The position numbers were made by a program, and so were the translations under genes. A DNA stretch of 64,000 bases from Hyphomicrobiales bacterium (GTDB lineage Bacteria; Pseudomonadota; Alphaproteobacteria; Rhizobiales; Aestuariivirgaceae), in NCBI GenBank assembly GCA_025363755.1, contig JANYLQ010000050.1, positions 70,351 to 134,350 on the forward strand, written 5' to 3'. A model generated the notes under the pieces. The model saw only the letters and a program-made list of their open reading frames with translations, did no database searches and had not been told where the DNA came from. Shown in pieces: positions 19,119 to 27,147 of the stretch; position 1 is the stretch's first letter, and each line of letters starts with the position of its first letter.

Positions 19119-19205
19119 GTCATCCCTGCGAAAGCAGGGATCCAGCTTACTTTCAACGAGCCCGAATTTTGGCTAGCTGGATCCCAGCCTTCGCTGGGAT
19201 GCCGG
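19119..19205. repeat. inverted pair of REP-like hairpins (GTCATCCCTGCGAAAGCAGGGAT unit)
   Basis: gtcatccctgcgaaagcagggatccag and, in inverted orientation, ctggatcccagccttcgctgggatgccgg. Each has an 8-bp stem. Confidence 0.65.
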
Positions 19206-19234
19206 AGTCTGGGGGAACCGAGGTGGTTCATGAT

Positions 19235-20524
19235 TTATGATAACGCTCTATTGAGCGACCCCAAAAAACCATCGACTTCGGCCGTAGTATTATAATGCGC
19301 CAGCCCCACGCGCAGCACGCCGCCTTTGTCCACTAGGCCCATCTTCTTGATCGGTTCCAAAGCATAATTATGCCCTGACCACACAAACATGTTATCGTCT
19401 GCAAAGTGTTTGGCCAATTTTTCAGGGTGAACGCCGTTGATCGTAAACGAAACGGTGGGCACCCGGCGGTGCATGGCGTTGGCAGAGGTGACTCCTCGGA
19501 TAGTAAGGCCTTTCACTTTGCGCAGGCCATCGATCAGACGCAATGTAATACCTTTTTCATATTCGGCCAAATTACCCCAAGCCGAATTGAGTTTTGCCGC
19601 GCGCGTTTCGCCAGTGCCAAATTGTTCGAGATATTCAATGGCCCCCAAACACCCCGCCATGCCTTCATGGCTCAAAGTTCCGGTTTCAAATTTATGTGGC
19701 AGCTCATTTCCGACGGCGCGAACTTTATAGCCAAAAGTTTCGAGCAGCAATTCTTTGCGACCCCAAAGAATACCCATGTGAGGGCCGAACCACTTATAGG
19801 CCGAGGATACGACAAAATCTGCGTTCAGCGTTTGCACATCAATCGCATAATGCGGCGCGTATTGGACAGCATCGAGATATACAAGCGCGCCAGCGGCTTT
19901 GGCCTCTTTGGCAAACTGGCCAACATCATGAACTGTGCCGGTGCAATTGGAAGCCATACCCATGGCCAGCAGTTTGGTTTTGGAACTCAGAACTTTGGTG
20001 AGAACATCCGCAGGAAATTCATACGTCTCAGTGTCAAATTCCATCCAGCGCACGACCAGCCCCAAATCATCGGCGAGCAGTAACCAAGGTGCAACATTGG
20101 CATCATGGTCCATGCGGCTCAGCACAATTTCATCGCCCTTATTGAAGCGCTTGCCGAGGCAGCGCGACATGTGGAGGGTCAATGTGGTCATGTTTTGGCC
20201 AAAGATGATTTCCTCAACAGATGCGGCATTGTAAAAATCGGCGCAGGCTTGATGAGCCTCGTCCACCATTGCCGAAGCACCCATTGTGGTTTTGAAATAG
20301 CCGCCCAAATTTGCGTTATGGTGAATTAAAGTATCAACTGTTCGGTCGATGACCTGTTGCGGAACTTGCGTTCCGGCGGGGTTATCAAAATAAACCCTCG
20401 AATTTCCAGCATCTTTTAAGATTAGCGAGGGAAACTGGGCTCTGGCGGCCTCAACATCAAACTTATACTGCAATTTGGATTCTCCGATTGAGATATCATT
20501 AGCGGGCTTAAAGCCTTGTCTCAA
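19235..20524 (-). CDS. cysteine desulfurase-like class V PLP enzyme
   Basis: 429 aa, TTG start. SSAYKWFGPHMG lysine motif typical of the SufS/CsdA-like subgroup. Confidence 0.7.
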   Translation of the reverse strand: MRQGFKPANDISIGESKLQYKFDVEAARAQFPSLILKDAGNSRVYFDNPAGTQVPQQVIDRTVDTLIHHNANLGGYFKTTMGASAMVDEAHQACADFYNAASVEEIIFGQNMTTLTLHMSRCLGKRFNKGDEIVLSRMDHDANVAPWLLLADDLGLVVRWMEFDTETYEFPADVLTKVLSSKTKLLAMGMASNCTGTVHDVGQFAKEAKAAGALVYLDAVQYAPHYAIDVQTLNADFVVSSAYKWFGPHMGILWGRKELLLETFGYKVRAVGNELPHKFETGTLSHEGMAGCLGAIEYLEQFGTGETRAAKLNSAWGNLAEYEKGITLRLIDGLRKVKGLTIRGVTSANAMHRRVPTVSFTINGVHPEKLAKHFADDNMFVWSGHNYALEPIKKMGLVDKGGVLRVGLAHYNTTAEVDGFLGSLNRALS

Positions 20525-20620
20525 CAGTCGGTTTCAGGCAAGTGCATGTCGTGCAAGTGTGGAGTTTTTTGACAAAGCGCTTGTATCTTTAGACACCAAG
20601 CAGAAATTTGGAGTGCTGTG

Positions 20621-21319
20621 ATGAGCGACGAAGGCGAACTTGATCTGAATTCCCTCAACGACGAGGAACTGGTTCAGCAAATCCACGACGATCTTTATGA
20701 TGGCCTCAAAGAAGAGGTGGAGCAGGGGGTTAACATTCTCCTCGCCCGGAACTGGACTCCCTACAAAACTTTGACCGAAGGCTTGGTTGAAGGCATGCGC
20801 ATTGTTGGTATCGATTTTCGTGATGGCATTTTGTTTGTGCCAGAAGTTCTGCTCGCCGCCAATTCCATGAAAGCCGGGATGGCCATTTTACGCCCATTGC
20901 TGATTGCCACTGGCGCACCGCGCCTTGGCAAGATGGTGATCGGTACGGTGAAGGGCGACATTCACGATATTGGTAAGAATTTAGTAGGCATGATGATGGA
21001 AGGTGCGGGCTTTGAAGTCATCAACCTCGGCATCAATAATCCTGTTGAGAATTATTTGAAGGCGATTGATGAACACCAGCCAGACATTATCGGCATGTCA
21101 GCGCTGCTCACAACGACGATGCCTTATATGAAAGTCGTGATCGACACGATGAAGGAAAAAGGTATTCGTGATGATTATATCGTTCTGGTTGGTGGTGCAC
21201 CGCTGAACGAAGAGTTTGCGAAAGCTGTGGGTGCTGATGCTTATTGCCGCGATGCGGCTGTTGCTGTCGAAACAGCTAAAAGCTTTATGGCCAGGAAGCA
21301 TAACCAACTTCCGGCTTAA
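20621..21319 (+). CDS. corrinoid (B12-binding) protein, cap plus Rossmann B12 domain
   Basis: DxHxxG (GDIHDIGKN), SxL (SALLTT) and GG (LVGGAPL) cobalamin-binding signature. ATG at 20621 sits just inside the GTG-started ORF. Confidence 0.85.
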   Translation: MSDEGELDLNSLNDEELVQQIHDDLYDGLKEEVEQGVNILLARNWTPYKTLTEGLVEGMRIVGIDFRDGILFVPEVLLAANSMKAGMAILRPLLIATGAPRLGKMVIGTVKGDIHDIGKNLVGMMMEGAGFEVINLGINNPVENYLKAIDEHQPDIIGMSALLTTTMPYMKVVIDTMKEKGIRDDYIVLVGGAPLNEEFAKAVGADAYCRDAAVAVETAKSFMARKHNQLPA

Positions 21320-21344
21320 TTATATTTTCGCGCATGAAATTTTT

Positions 21345-21370
21345 GAGCGACTTTCGGGTCGCTCTTTTTT
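21345..21370 (+). terminator. rho-independent terminator after the corrinoid-protein gene
   Basis: gagcgac-tttcgg-gtcgctc followed by tttttt. Confidence 0.65.
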
Positions 21371-21521
21371 ATTTGAGGGCGTTAGCCAGTTTGTTTGCAT
21401 CACTTAAGAATGCATCGGTTATGAATGGCATAGCAACAAGCAAACAGGTGGCCATCAAAGCTGCGATCAAGCCATATTCGATTGCTGTTGCACCACGTTC
21501 ATTTTTAAAAAAAGCCAGCAT
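21369..21521 (-). CDS. Flp-family type IVb pilin
   Basis: 50-aa ORF absent from the track, hand-translated as MLAFFKNERGATAIEYGLIAALMATCLLVAMPFITDAFLSDANKLANALK. Carries the G/ATAIEYGLIA Flp motif. Confidence 0.8.
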   Translation of the reverse strand: MLAFFKNERGATAIEYGLIAALMATCLLVAMPFITDAFLSDANKLANALK

Positions 21522-21701
21522 TCGTAGTCTCCTTAGTATTCGTGCCCGTAACTTCCGTCAGGCCCTCATTATTGGAATAAGAGTATCGCTTAGACATTAA
21601 CGCTCTCTGAAATTCAAACCGAAGATTAGATAGGACTCTGCGAAGAATTGAGAACTGTTCGCTATTAGTTAACAAGCCTCTAATAGAATTTTCAGAGTCA
21701 T

Positions 21702-21731
21702 AAAAAAGGCACCGCAAAGCGATGCCTTTTT
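21702..21731. terminator. bidirectional-looking terminator downstream of the first flp gene
   Basis: A-run, ggcaccgc-aaa-gcgatgcc, T-run. Confidence 0.6.
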
Positions 21732-21783
21732 CCGTATTTAACGTAGCTCGTTTTGCGGTGAAGCAAAACCGCCAAGGCATCAA

Positions 21784-21936
21784 TTACTTCAATGCAGCGC
21801 CGATGTTGTTGAACTTTGTTACCAAAGCGGCAGTGATGTATGGCATTGCTGTGAGCAAGCAAACAGCCATAGCAGCGGCGATCAGACCGTATTCGATTGC
21901 AGTTGCGCCTGATTCGTCTTTAATGAACTTCTTCAT
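21784..21936 (-). CDS. Flp-family type IVb pilin
   Basis: Internal ATG of ORF 21784..22029 gives MKKFIKDESGATAIEYGLIAAAMAVCLLTAMPYITAALVTKFNNIGAALK (50 aa). Confidence 0.85.
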   Translation of the reverse strand: MKKFIKDESGATAIEYGLIAAAMAVCLLTAMPYITAALVTKFNNIGAALK

Positions 21937-22126
21937 GATATAACTCTCCAATTTATTGTTTACAGCACCTATCCCCAGTCCTTGCAAATGCTTGGTTGCC
22001 AGTGGATATGTATGCAAACTACGCGACACCTATTAACGCCAGTTAAAATCGGTCTGTCGAATTGTGCCTATATTTCGAATTTTGCAGAAGACGCGAAAAC
22101 GTGGTTAACATCTGGCGAATGGAAAT

Positions 22127-22774
22127 ATGCAGATGACAACCCTCGATCTAGGCCCTTCAGATCATTATGCTCAGCACACGGATGATGCGCGCGTGCTGCT
22201 TTTGGCCTGTGGCGCACTGGCCCGCGAGATCGTTGATTTGATTGAGATCAACAAATGGCAGGCCTTCGATATTCAATGCTTGCCTGCCAAGTGGCATAAC
22301 ACGCCGCAATTCATTGTGCCTGCTTTGCGCGAGAAAATTCAAAATAATAGAGCCAACTATAAGTCGATCTTCGTGCTTTATGGCGATTGCGGCACGGGCG
22401 GCTTGCTCGATGCGATGTTGGCAGAGGAGGGCGTAGAGCGTATCGGTGGCCCGCATTGCTATGCCTTCTACACTGGCAATGAACTTTTCGCGGCGCGCGC
22501 TGATGCGGATATGACGAGCTTCTATCTGACGGATTATCTTGCGAGACATTTCGATAAATTGATGTGGCAGGGGATGGGGCTAGACAGGCATCCAGAATTG
22601 CTGAGCGATTATTTTGGAAATTATACCAAGCTGATTTATTTGGCTCAAACTGATGATGCAGGCCTGAAACGCCAGGCTGAATTGGCGGCGATGAAACTGG
22701 GGCTGGAATATGAATACCGCTTCACGGGGTATGGGGAATTGGAACGCGATATGAAAATAAATGCTGTAACTTGA
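22127..22774 (+). CDS. DUF1638 domain protein
   Basis: 215 aa. LLLACGALAREI ... VLYGDCGTGG ... FYLTDYLARHFD matches my memory of DUF1638, a family that travels with corrinoid methyltransferase systems. Confidence 0.7.
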   Translation: MQMTTLDLGPSDHYAQHTDDARVLLLACGALAREIVDLIEINKWQAFDIQCLPAKWHNTPQFIVPALREKIQNNRANYKSIFVLYGDCGTGGLLDAMLAEEGVERIGGPHCYAFYTGNELFAARADADMTSFYLTDYLARHFDKLMWQGMGLDRHPELLSDYFGNYTKLIYLAQTDDAGLKRQAELAAMKLGLEYEYRFTGYGELERDMKINAVT

Positions 22775-22783
22775 AAATAAGTG

Positions 22784-22808
22784 TTGACACCGTACGGTTA
22801 GCCTGCTA
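22784..22808 (+). promoter_or_regulatory. promoter-like motif TTGACA-N17-TAAACA containing the palindrome ACCGTACGGT (copy A)
   Basis: ttgacaccgtacggttagcctgcta. A near-identical copy in reverse orientation lies at 62751..62775. Confidence 0.5.
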
Positions 22809-22956
22809 AACATTGATATCATCGACATTTGCGCGTGAGATCGAAATGGGCACACAACGCTGGCCCGGCTGCATCAATAACGCCGTCGATTGAAATCAAA
22901 TCTGACATCCAAAACAAAACCGATTATCATTGAAATGAACCCGATCAGGAGTTTTC

Positions 22957-23331
22957 ATGACAAAAACTGTTCAAGACATGCTGGCCGAAGCCCGCGCCGC
23001 AGTGCCAACCATCACCCCGCAAGAAGCCATGAAAATGGCGAGCGATCCAAATGTGGTGTTCGTTGACCTGCGCGACGGCATCGAAGTTCAGGCCAGCGGT
23101 AGGGTGAAAGGGGCTGTGCATATTCCGCGCGGCCTCCTGGAATTCCAAGCTGATCCCGCTTCGCTATCACACGCCCCAGCTTTGACCCAAGACAAAACCA
23201 TCATCACCTATTGCGCCGCAGGCGGCCGCGCGGCCCTAGGCGGGAAGACGCTGAAAGATATGGGTTACAAGAATGTGCTGAACATGGGTGGCTTTGCCGG
23301 ATGGAAAGACGGCGGCGGCGAAGTGGAATGA
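22957..23331 (+). CDS. single-domain rhodanese sulfurtransferase
   Basis: 124 aa. Active-site loop CAAGGRAA (C-x4-R). Confidence 0.85.
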   Translation: MTKTVQDMLAEARAAVPTITPQEAMKMASDPNVVFVDLRDGIEVQASGRVKGAVHIPRGLLEFQADPASLSHAPALTQDKTIITYCAAGGRAALGGKTLKDMGYKNVLNMGGFAGWKDGGGEVE

Positions 23332-23840
23332 TGATGTTGTTTCGCTGGCTTGGTGTTTCACTCTGTCTGCTGCTGTGCGGCTGTATTCTGCAATCGCCAA
23401 AACCAATATTTGCCGAAAATGAAGGCAAGCCTGTTCTGAAGCAATTTGGAAACAGCTTCGTTGCATTTAACCGCGAGAGCGGCGAGTGGAAAAAGCAAGA
23501 TGATGTTGTGAAATTCACCACGGTTGGAAATCATTATGTGGTGCAGGATAAATCCGGCGACATCAATGTTCTCTTCGCGCAGCTAAGTGACCAATGGTGG
23601 GTAATGCAAACCAACGAAACGGGCAAGCCCGCCACTTATCTCTTGGCAAAATTTGAAGGCAAAGCGCTGGTGCTGAATATTTTGAGCTGCAAAGTTTTGA
23701 AAACCAACGTTTCGATGAAAGACGCGATCAACTTCAAGGGTGACGACTGCACGGCCAATGAACAGATGACGAAAGACAAATTCGTTGAACTCACAAAATC
23801 GCCAGAGACCGCGCTGTTGAAGATTGAAGCGGAGAAGTGA
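23328..23840 (+). CDS. putative lipoprotein, function unknown
   Basis: ATGA overlap with the rhodanese stop. MMMLFRWLGVSLCLLLCGC looks like a signal peptide with a lipobox. Confidence 0.55.
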   Translation: MMMLFRWLGVSLCLLLCGCILQSPKPIFAENEGKPVLKQFGNSFVAFNRESGEWKKQDDVVKFTTVGNHYVVQDKSGDINVLFAQLSDQWWVMQTNETGKPATYLLAKFEGKALVLNILSCKVLKTNVSMKDAINFKGDDCTANEQMTKDKFVELTKSPETALLKIEAEK

Positions 23841-23857
23841 GGGAGTAACGTCACTTT

Positions 23858-23888
23858 CCCTCTCCTCGTTGAGGAGAGGGTTGGGGCC
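23858..23888. repeat. REP-like hairpin (CT-rich/GA-rich stem plus TTGGGGCC tail)
   Basis: ccctctcctc-gtt-gaggagaggg (perfect 10-bp stem) then ttggggcc. Confidence 0.55.
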
Positions 23889-23970
23889 TATTGCCCTTTC
23901 AATTGGAAAGTGCGGCGTGATGCTCGATTGCCAGATTGTCAGTTTCTTGCAGTTATGCCAAATTCATATC

Positions 23971-24180
23971 ATGACCTATTTAGCCCCACGTATTGTAGCT
24001 GATCAAGCAGTCTGCGGCGGAAGGCCCGTTATTAAAGGCACCCGCATGCGTGTAAGTGATGTTTTGGATTTACTGGCGGCTGGAGAGACTAGGCAAGCGA
24101 TCCTTGAGGATTATCCTTATTTAGAAGACGCGGATATTACTGCAGTTCTTAAATACGCGGCCGCGTCGGTTGCGCTCTAA
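23971..24180 (+). CDS. DUF433 domain protein (antitoxin-like HTH)
   Basis: 69 aa from the internal ATG. CGGRPVIKGTRMRVSDVLDLLAAGETRQAILEDYPYLEDADITAVLKYA is the DUF433 signature as I remember it. Confidence 0.75.
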   Translation: MTYLAPRIVADQAVCGGRPVIKGTRMRVSDVLDLLAAGETRQAILEDYPYLEDADITAVLKYAAASVAL

Positions 24181-24182
24181 TT

Positions 24183-24224
24183 CCCTCACCCCCTTGGGGC
24201 GAGGGTGGGGCCTGCGAAGCGCAG
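24183..24224. repeat. REP-like hairpin of the same family plus a short second hairpin
   Basis: ccctcacccc-ctt-ggggcgaggg (9 of 10 pairs) then tggggcc, followed by ctgcg-aag-cgcag. Confidence 0.5.
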
Positions 24225-24262
24225 CGAAGTGGGAAGGTGCGGAGATTTAGAGTCAATGACAC

Positions 24263-25057
24263 TTAGTTTTTTGTATATGCGGTGGTTTTAAATAGTTCTT
24301 TGCGGTCGGGTCGGGCAATAAAGCAACTGTCATTGATATGGCGCAATAGCGCATACTTTTCGACCAATAACTTAAGCCCCATATAATCGTCAGAAATAGC
24401 ACATCTGTAAAATAGAATTGAGATTTCGTATGTTGAAAGTTGGTTTCGAACAAGCTGAATGTAAGTTTCCTTATTTGGTAAGCCACTTTGATCAGCAAAG
24501 CGCAAAATACCAAATAAAGATCTAAAGTAATGTCCCGTACTCTGTTCAAGAGCGGGATCCATTTCTTGGAGTACTTGCTTAACAATCTTTATTGAGCCCA
24601 ACGTATTATTTGATTTATTTTGGTATCGATTAGTCAAATTATGAAACCAGTCTTGGAAACACCATCGTCCAAATTCTAACTGCCCATTTCGATTCGCACT
24701 GAGTGTCCCAATCAGTTCGCTATGCTGACGGAGCAGTTGAAAAAAAACATTCTCAAAAGATTGACGAATGAGACCATCATTCTGTATTTTAGCATCTTGT
24801 TTTTGATCGAGAAGTGACTTTCGAGTCTCAGCTAACTCTTGCCTTTGGAGGTAAATAGCATACCCAAGGCCAGCGAAAGCGAGCCCTGAAAAAAGTGCAT
24901 TTAAAGCACCATAAGAGTCACCAAACTGCCCTTTTCCCGCTAAGTCGTTCGAACCAGATATCAGGTTGATGACTACGGGTGACATCAACCAAAGTATGAT
25001 AACCACAACTACTAGGAGCGCAAAAGGTAACCAACTTGAACTACTGGTGTTTTTCAT
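24263..25057 (-). CDS. membrane protein resembling the putative abortive-infection family (putAbiC-like)
   Basis: ATG at 25057 lies 1 nt after the upstream stop. Two N-terminal TM helices with GQFGDSYGALNALFSGLAFAGLGYAIYLQRQEL, later YFRSLFGILRF and LVRNQLSTYEISILFYRC. Family recalled from memory, not searched. Confidence 0.5.
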   Translation of the reverse strand: MKNTSSSSWLPFALLVVVVIILWLMSPVVINLISGSNDLAGKGQFGDSYGALNALFSGLAFAGLGYAIYLQRQELAETRKSLLDQKQDAKIQNDGLIRQSFENVFFQLLRQHSELIGTLSANRNGQLEFGRWCFQDWFHNLTNRYQNKSNNTLGSIKIVKQVLQEMDPALEQSTGHYFRSLFGILRFADQSGLPNKETYIQLVRNQLSTYEISILFYRCAISDDYMGLKLLVEKYALLRHINDSCFIARPDRKELFKTTAYTKN

Positions 25058-25058
25058 T

Positions 25059-27101
25059 TCACCCCCGCCGCCTAACCCGTCTCGCCCCGCCATCATCCCC
25101 TAGCGTCACCACATCTTTATACGGCGGTAACGTCACCACTTTCTTCAAATTCACAAAATCCGCCGTCTTATGCGGGAATGCCATGGCTTCCACGAAATGC
25201 TGCTGGAACATGGGTTCCACCGCTGTCTCAATCTTCTCAATGCGGCGCACCACGTGTTCGATCTCGTCACGGGCGGCTTTGTTCAACAGTGCAATGCGAG
25301 CACCTGTGCCTGCCGCATTGCCCGCAGACTGAACGCGGGATAAATCGCAATCGGGGATCAGGCCCAGCACCATGGCGTATTTCATGTCGATGTGGCTTCC
25401 AAACGCTCCGGCCAATCTGATTTTGCCTACGCTCTCAATGCCCAGCTTATCCATCAACAAGCGCACGCCTGCATATAAAGCGGCTTTGCCCATTTGAATG
25501 GCGCGCACGTCGTTCTGGGTGATGCGGATGGAGGGTTCGTTGGCGCCTACTTTGGCGGCGCGCACCACGTAATTGAAGGTGCGCTTATAGGGCTCAATGC
25601 GCGGATTGCGCAAAGCCATTGCGCCATCAACGAGGCCGTCTTGATTCACAACGCCGGAGAGATACATCTCAGCAATCGCTTCAATAATGCCTGAGCCGCA
25701 AATGCCCGTCACACCCGTTTGCGCGATGGCTTCTTCAAAGCCTGGCTCATCGCTCCATAAATCACAGCCGATTACTTTATAGCGCGGCTCTAAGGTGACT
25801 GGGTCAATGCGAATGCGTTCGATGGCTCCGGGGGCAGCGCGTTGGCCTGATGAGATTTGCGCACCTTCAAAGGCGGGGCCAGTGGGCGACGAGCAGGCTA
25901 GCAGGCGGTGTTTATCACCCAGCACGATTTCAGCATTGGTGCCGACATCCACACACAGCATCATTTCATCTGACTCGTGCGGCGCTTCAGAAAGCACCAT
26001 GCCAGCAGCATCAGCACCCACATGGCCAGCGATGCATGGCAACACATAACAGAATGCGCCTGCGTTCAATTTCAAATCCATTTCTCGCGCCGGGAAGGTG
26101 AGCGGCAAGCCGGTGGCAAGTGCAAAGGGCGCACCGCCCAGTTCTGTGGGGTCAATGCCGAGGAAGAGGTGGTGCATGACGGGGTTGCCCACCAGCACAA
26201 TTTCCATGATGTTGGTGATGTCGGTGTCCGATTGCTTGCACACTTCTTCCGCAAGCTGTTGCAACGCCTGACGGATGACGGTGGTCATTTCTGCCTCGCC
26301 GCCCGGGTTCATCATCACATATGAAACGCGGCTCATCAAATCTTCACCAAAGCGGATTTGTGGGTTCATGAGGCCTGCGGAAGATTTAACTTCGCCAGTG
26401 GAGAGATTTGTGAGATGGGCGGCAATCGTTGTGGAGCCCACGTCAACGGCAAGGCCGTAAGCCTGATCATGAAAGCCCGGCCAGATTGCAGCAAGGCGGT
26501 TGCCGCCGCCAGCAGCGCGCGAATAAATGGCGCAGGTGATTTTCCATTCGCCCTTGCGCAGCGTTTTTTGCAAGGCGGAAATGATGGGCAAATCACATGT
26601 GATATTTTCAACGCCCCATTGTTCTTTCAGCGCGATATATACCCGCTCCAGATCAGAAGAGGGTTTGTGCATATCCGGCTCTTCAACTTCGATGAAGCAA
26701 AGCTGCGTGGCGGGATCAAACTCAATAGCGCGGGTGTCGGCTTCCTTGCGCACCACTTGTTTATGCACTTGGGACTCAGGCGGCACGTCGATGACGAGAT
26801 CACCAAGAATTTGCGTTTGGCACGAGAGGCGGCGACCCGAAGCAAGGCCACGTAGTTTATCGTATCGGATTTCAACTTGGTTGATGGCCGTCACATGATC
26901 TGGCGCAGATGTGATGCCGTGCTTGGCAAACTCACCTTCGCCCACATTGATCTGGCAGCGCCCGCAGATGGCGCGGCCTCCGCAGACGGAGTCGATGTCG
27001 ACGCCGAGTGCGCGCGCTGCTTGGAGCACAGGTGTGCCAACGGGAAAGCGGCCACGTTTACCGGAGGGAGTGAAAACAATGAGGGGGGTATTGTCGGTCA
27101 T
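25059..27101 (-). CDS. 2Fe-2S ferredoxin plus ASKHA ATPase corrinoid reductive activase (RamA/RACo-like)
   Basis: 680 aa. N-terminal plant-type ferredoxin cysteines (DSVCGGRAICGRCQ ... LSCQTQI). Large C-terminal ASKHA/DUF4445-like region (GLAVDVGSTT, CVDVGTNAE). Confidence 0.8.
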   Translation of the reverse strand: MTDNTPLIVFTPSGKRGRFPVGTPVLQAARALGVDIDSVCGGRAICGRCQINVGEGEFAKHGITSAPDHVTAINQVEIRYDKLRGLASGRRLSCQTQILGDLVIDVPPESQVHKQVVRKEADTRAIEFDPATQLCFIEVEEPDMHKPSSDLERVYIALKEQWGVENITCDLPIISALQKTLRKGEWKITCAIYSRAAGGGNRLAAIWPGFHDQAYGLAVDVGSTTIAAHLTNLSTGEVKSSAGLMNPQIRFGEDLMSRVSYVMMNPGGEAEMTTVIRQALQQLAEEVCKQSDTDITNIMEIVLVGNPVMHHLFLGIDPTELGGAPFALATGLPLTFPAREMDLKLNAGAFCYVLPCIAGHVGADAAGMVLSEAPHESDEMMLCVDVGTNAEIVLGDKHRLLACSSPTGPAFEGAQISSGQRAAPGAIERIRIDPVTLEPRYKVIGCDLWSDEPGFEEAIAQTGVTGICGSGIIEAIAEMYLSGVVNQDGLVDGAMALRNPRIEPYKRTFNYVVRAAKVGANEPSIRITQNDVRAIQMGKAALYAGVRLLMDKLGIESVGKIRLAGAFGSHIDMKYAMVLGLIPDCDLSRVQSAGNAAGTGARIALLNKAARDEIEHVVRRIEKIETAVEPMFQQHFVEAMAFPHKTADFVNLKKVVTLPPYKDVVTLGDDGGARRVRRRG

Positions 27102-27147
27102 ATCAACTCGCTCTTAAACGACCATCTCCCGTTTGCGGGAGAGGACG

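Noticed and set aside
20525-20620. Looked for a cobalamin riboswitch upstream of the corrinoid-protein gene, and also upstream of 12901 and 28403.
   Set aside because: The regions are too short (about 45-100 nt of usable leader) and lack the B12-box core. Only a TTGACA-like hexamer is present.
22033-22046. TTAA-cgccag-TTAA upstream of the first flp gene as a CtrA box.
   Set aside because: The spacing is 6 nt, not the canonical 7, and there is a single occurrence. Not convincing.
22846-22893. Micro-ORFs MGTQRWPGCINNAVD (here) and MGISLDKSCKVTEDNV (62680..62730) considered as annotatable genes.
   Set aside because: No clear Shine-Dalgarno sequence. Similarity is limited to MG and one Cys. Kept only as a hypothesis inside a finding, not as a CDS call.
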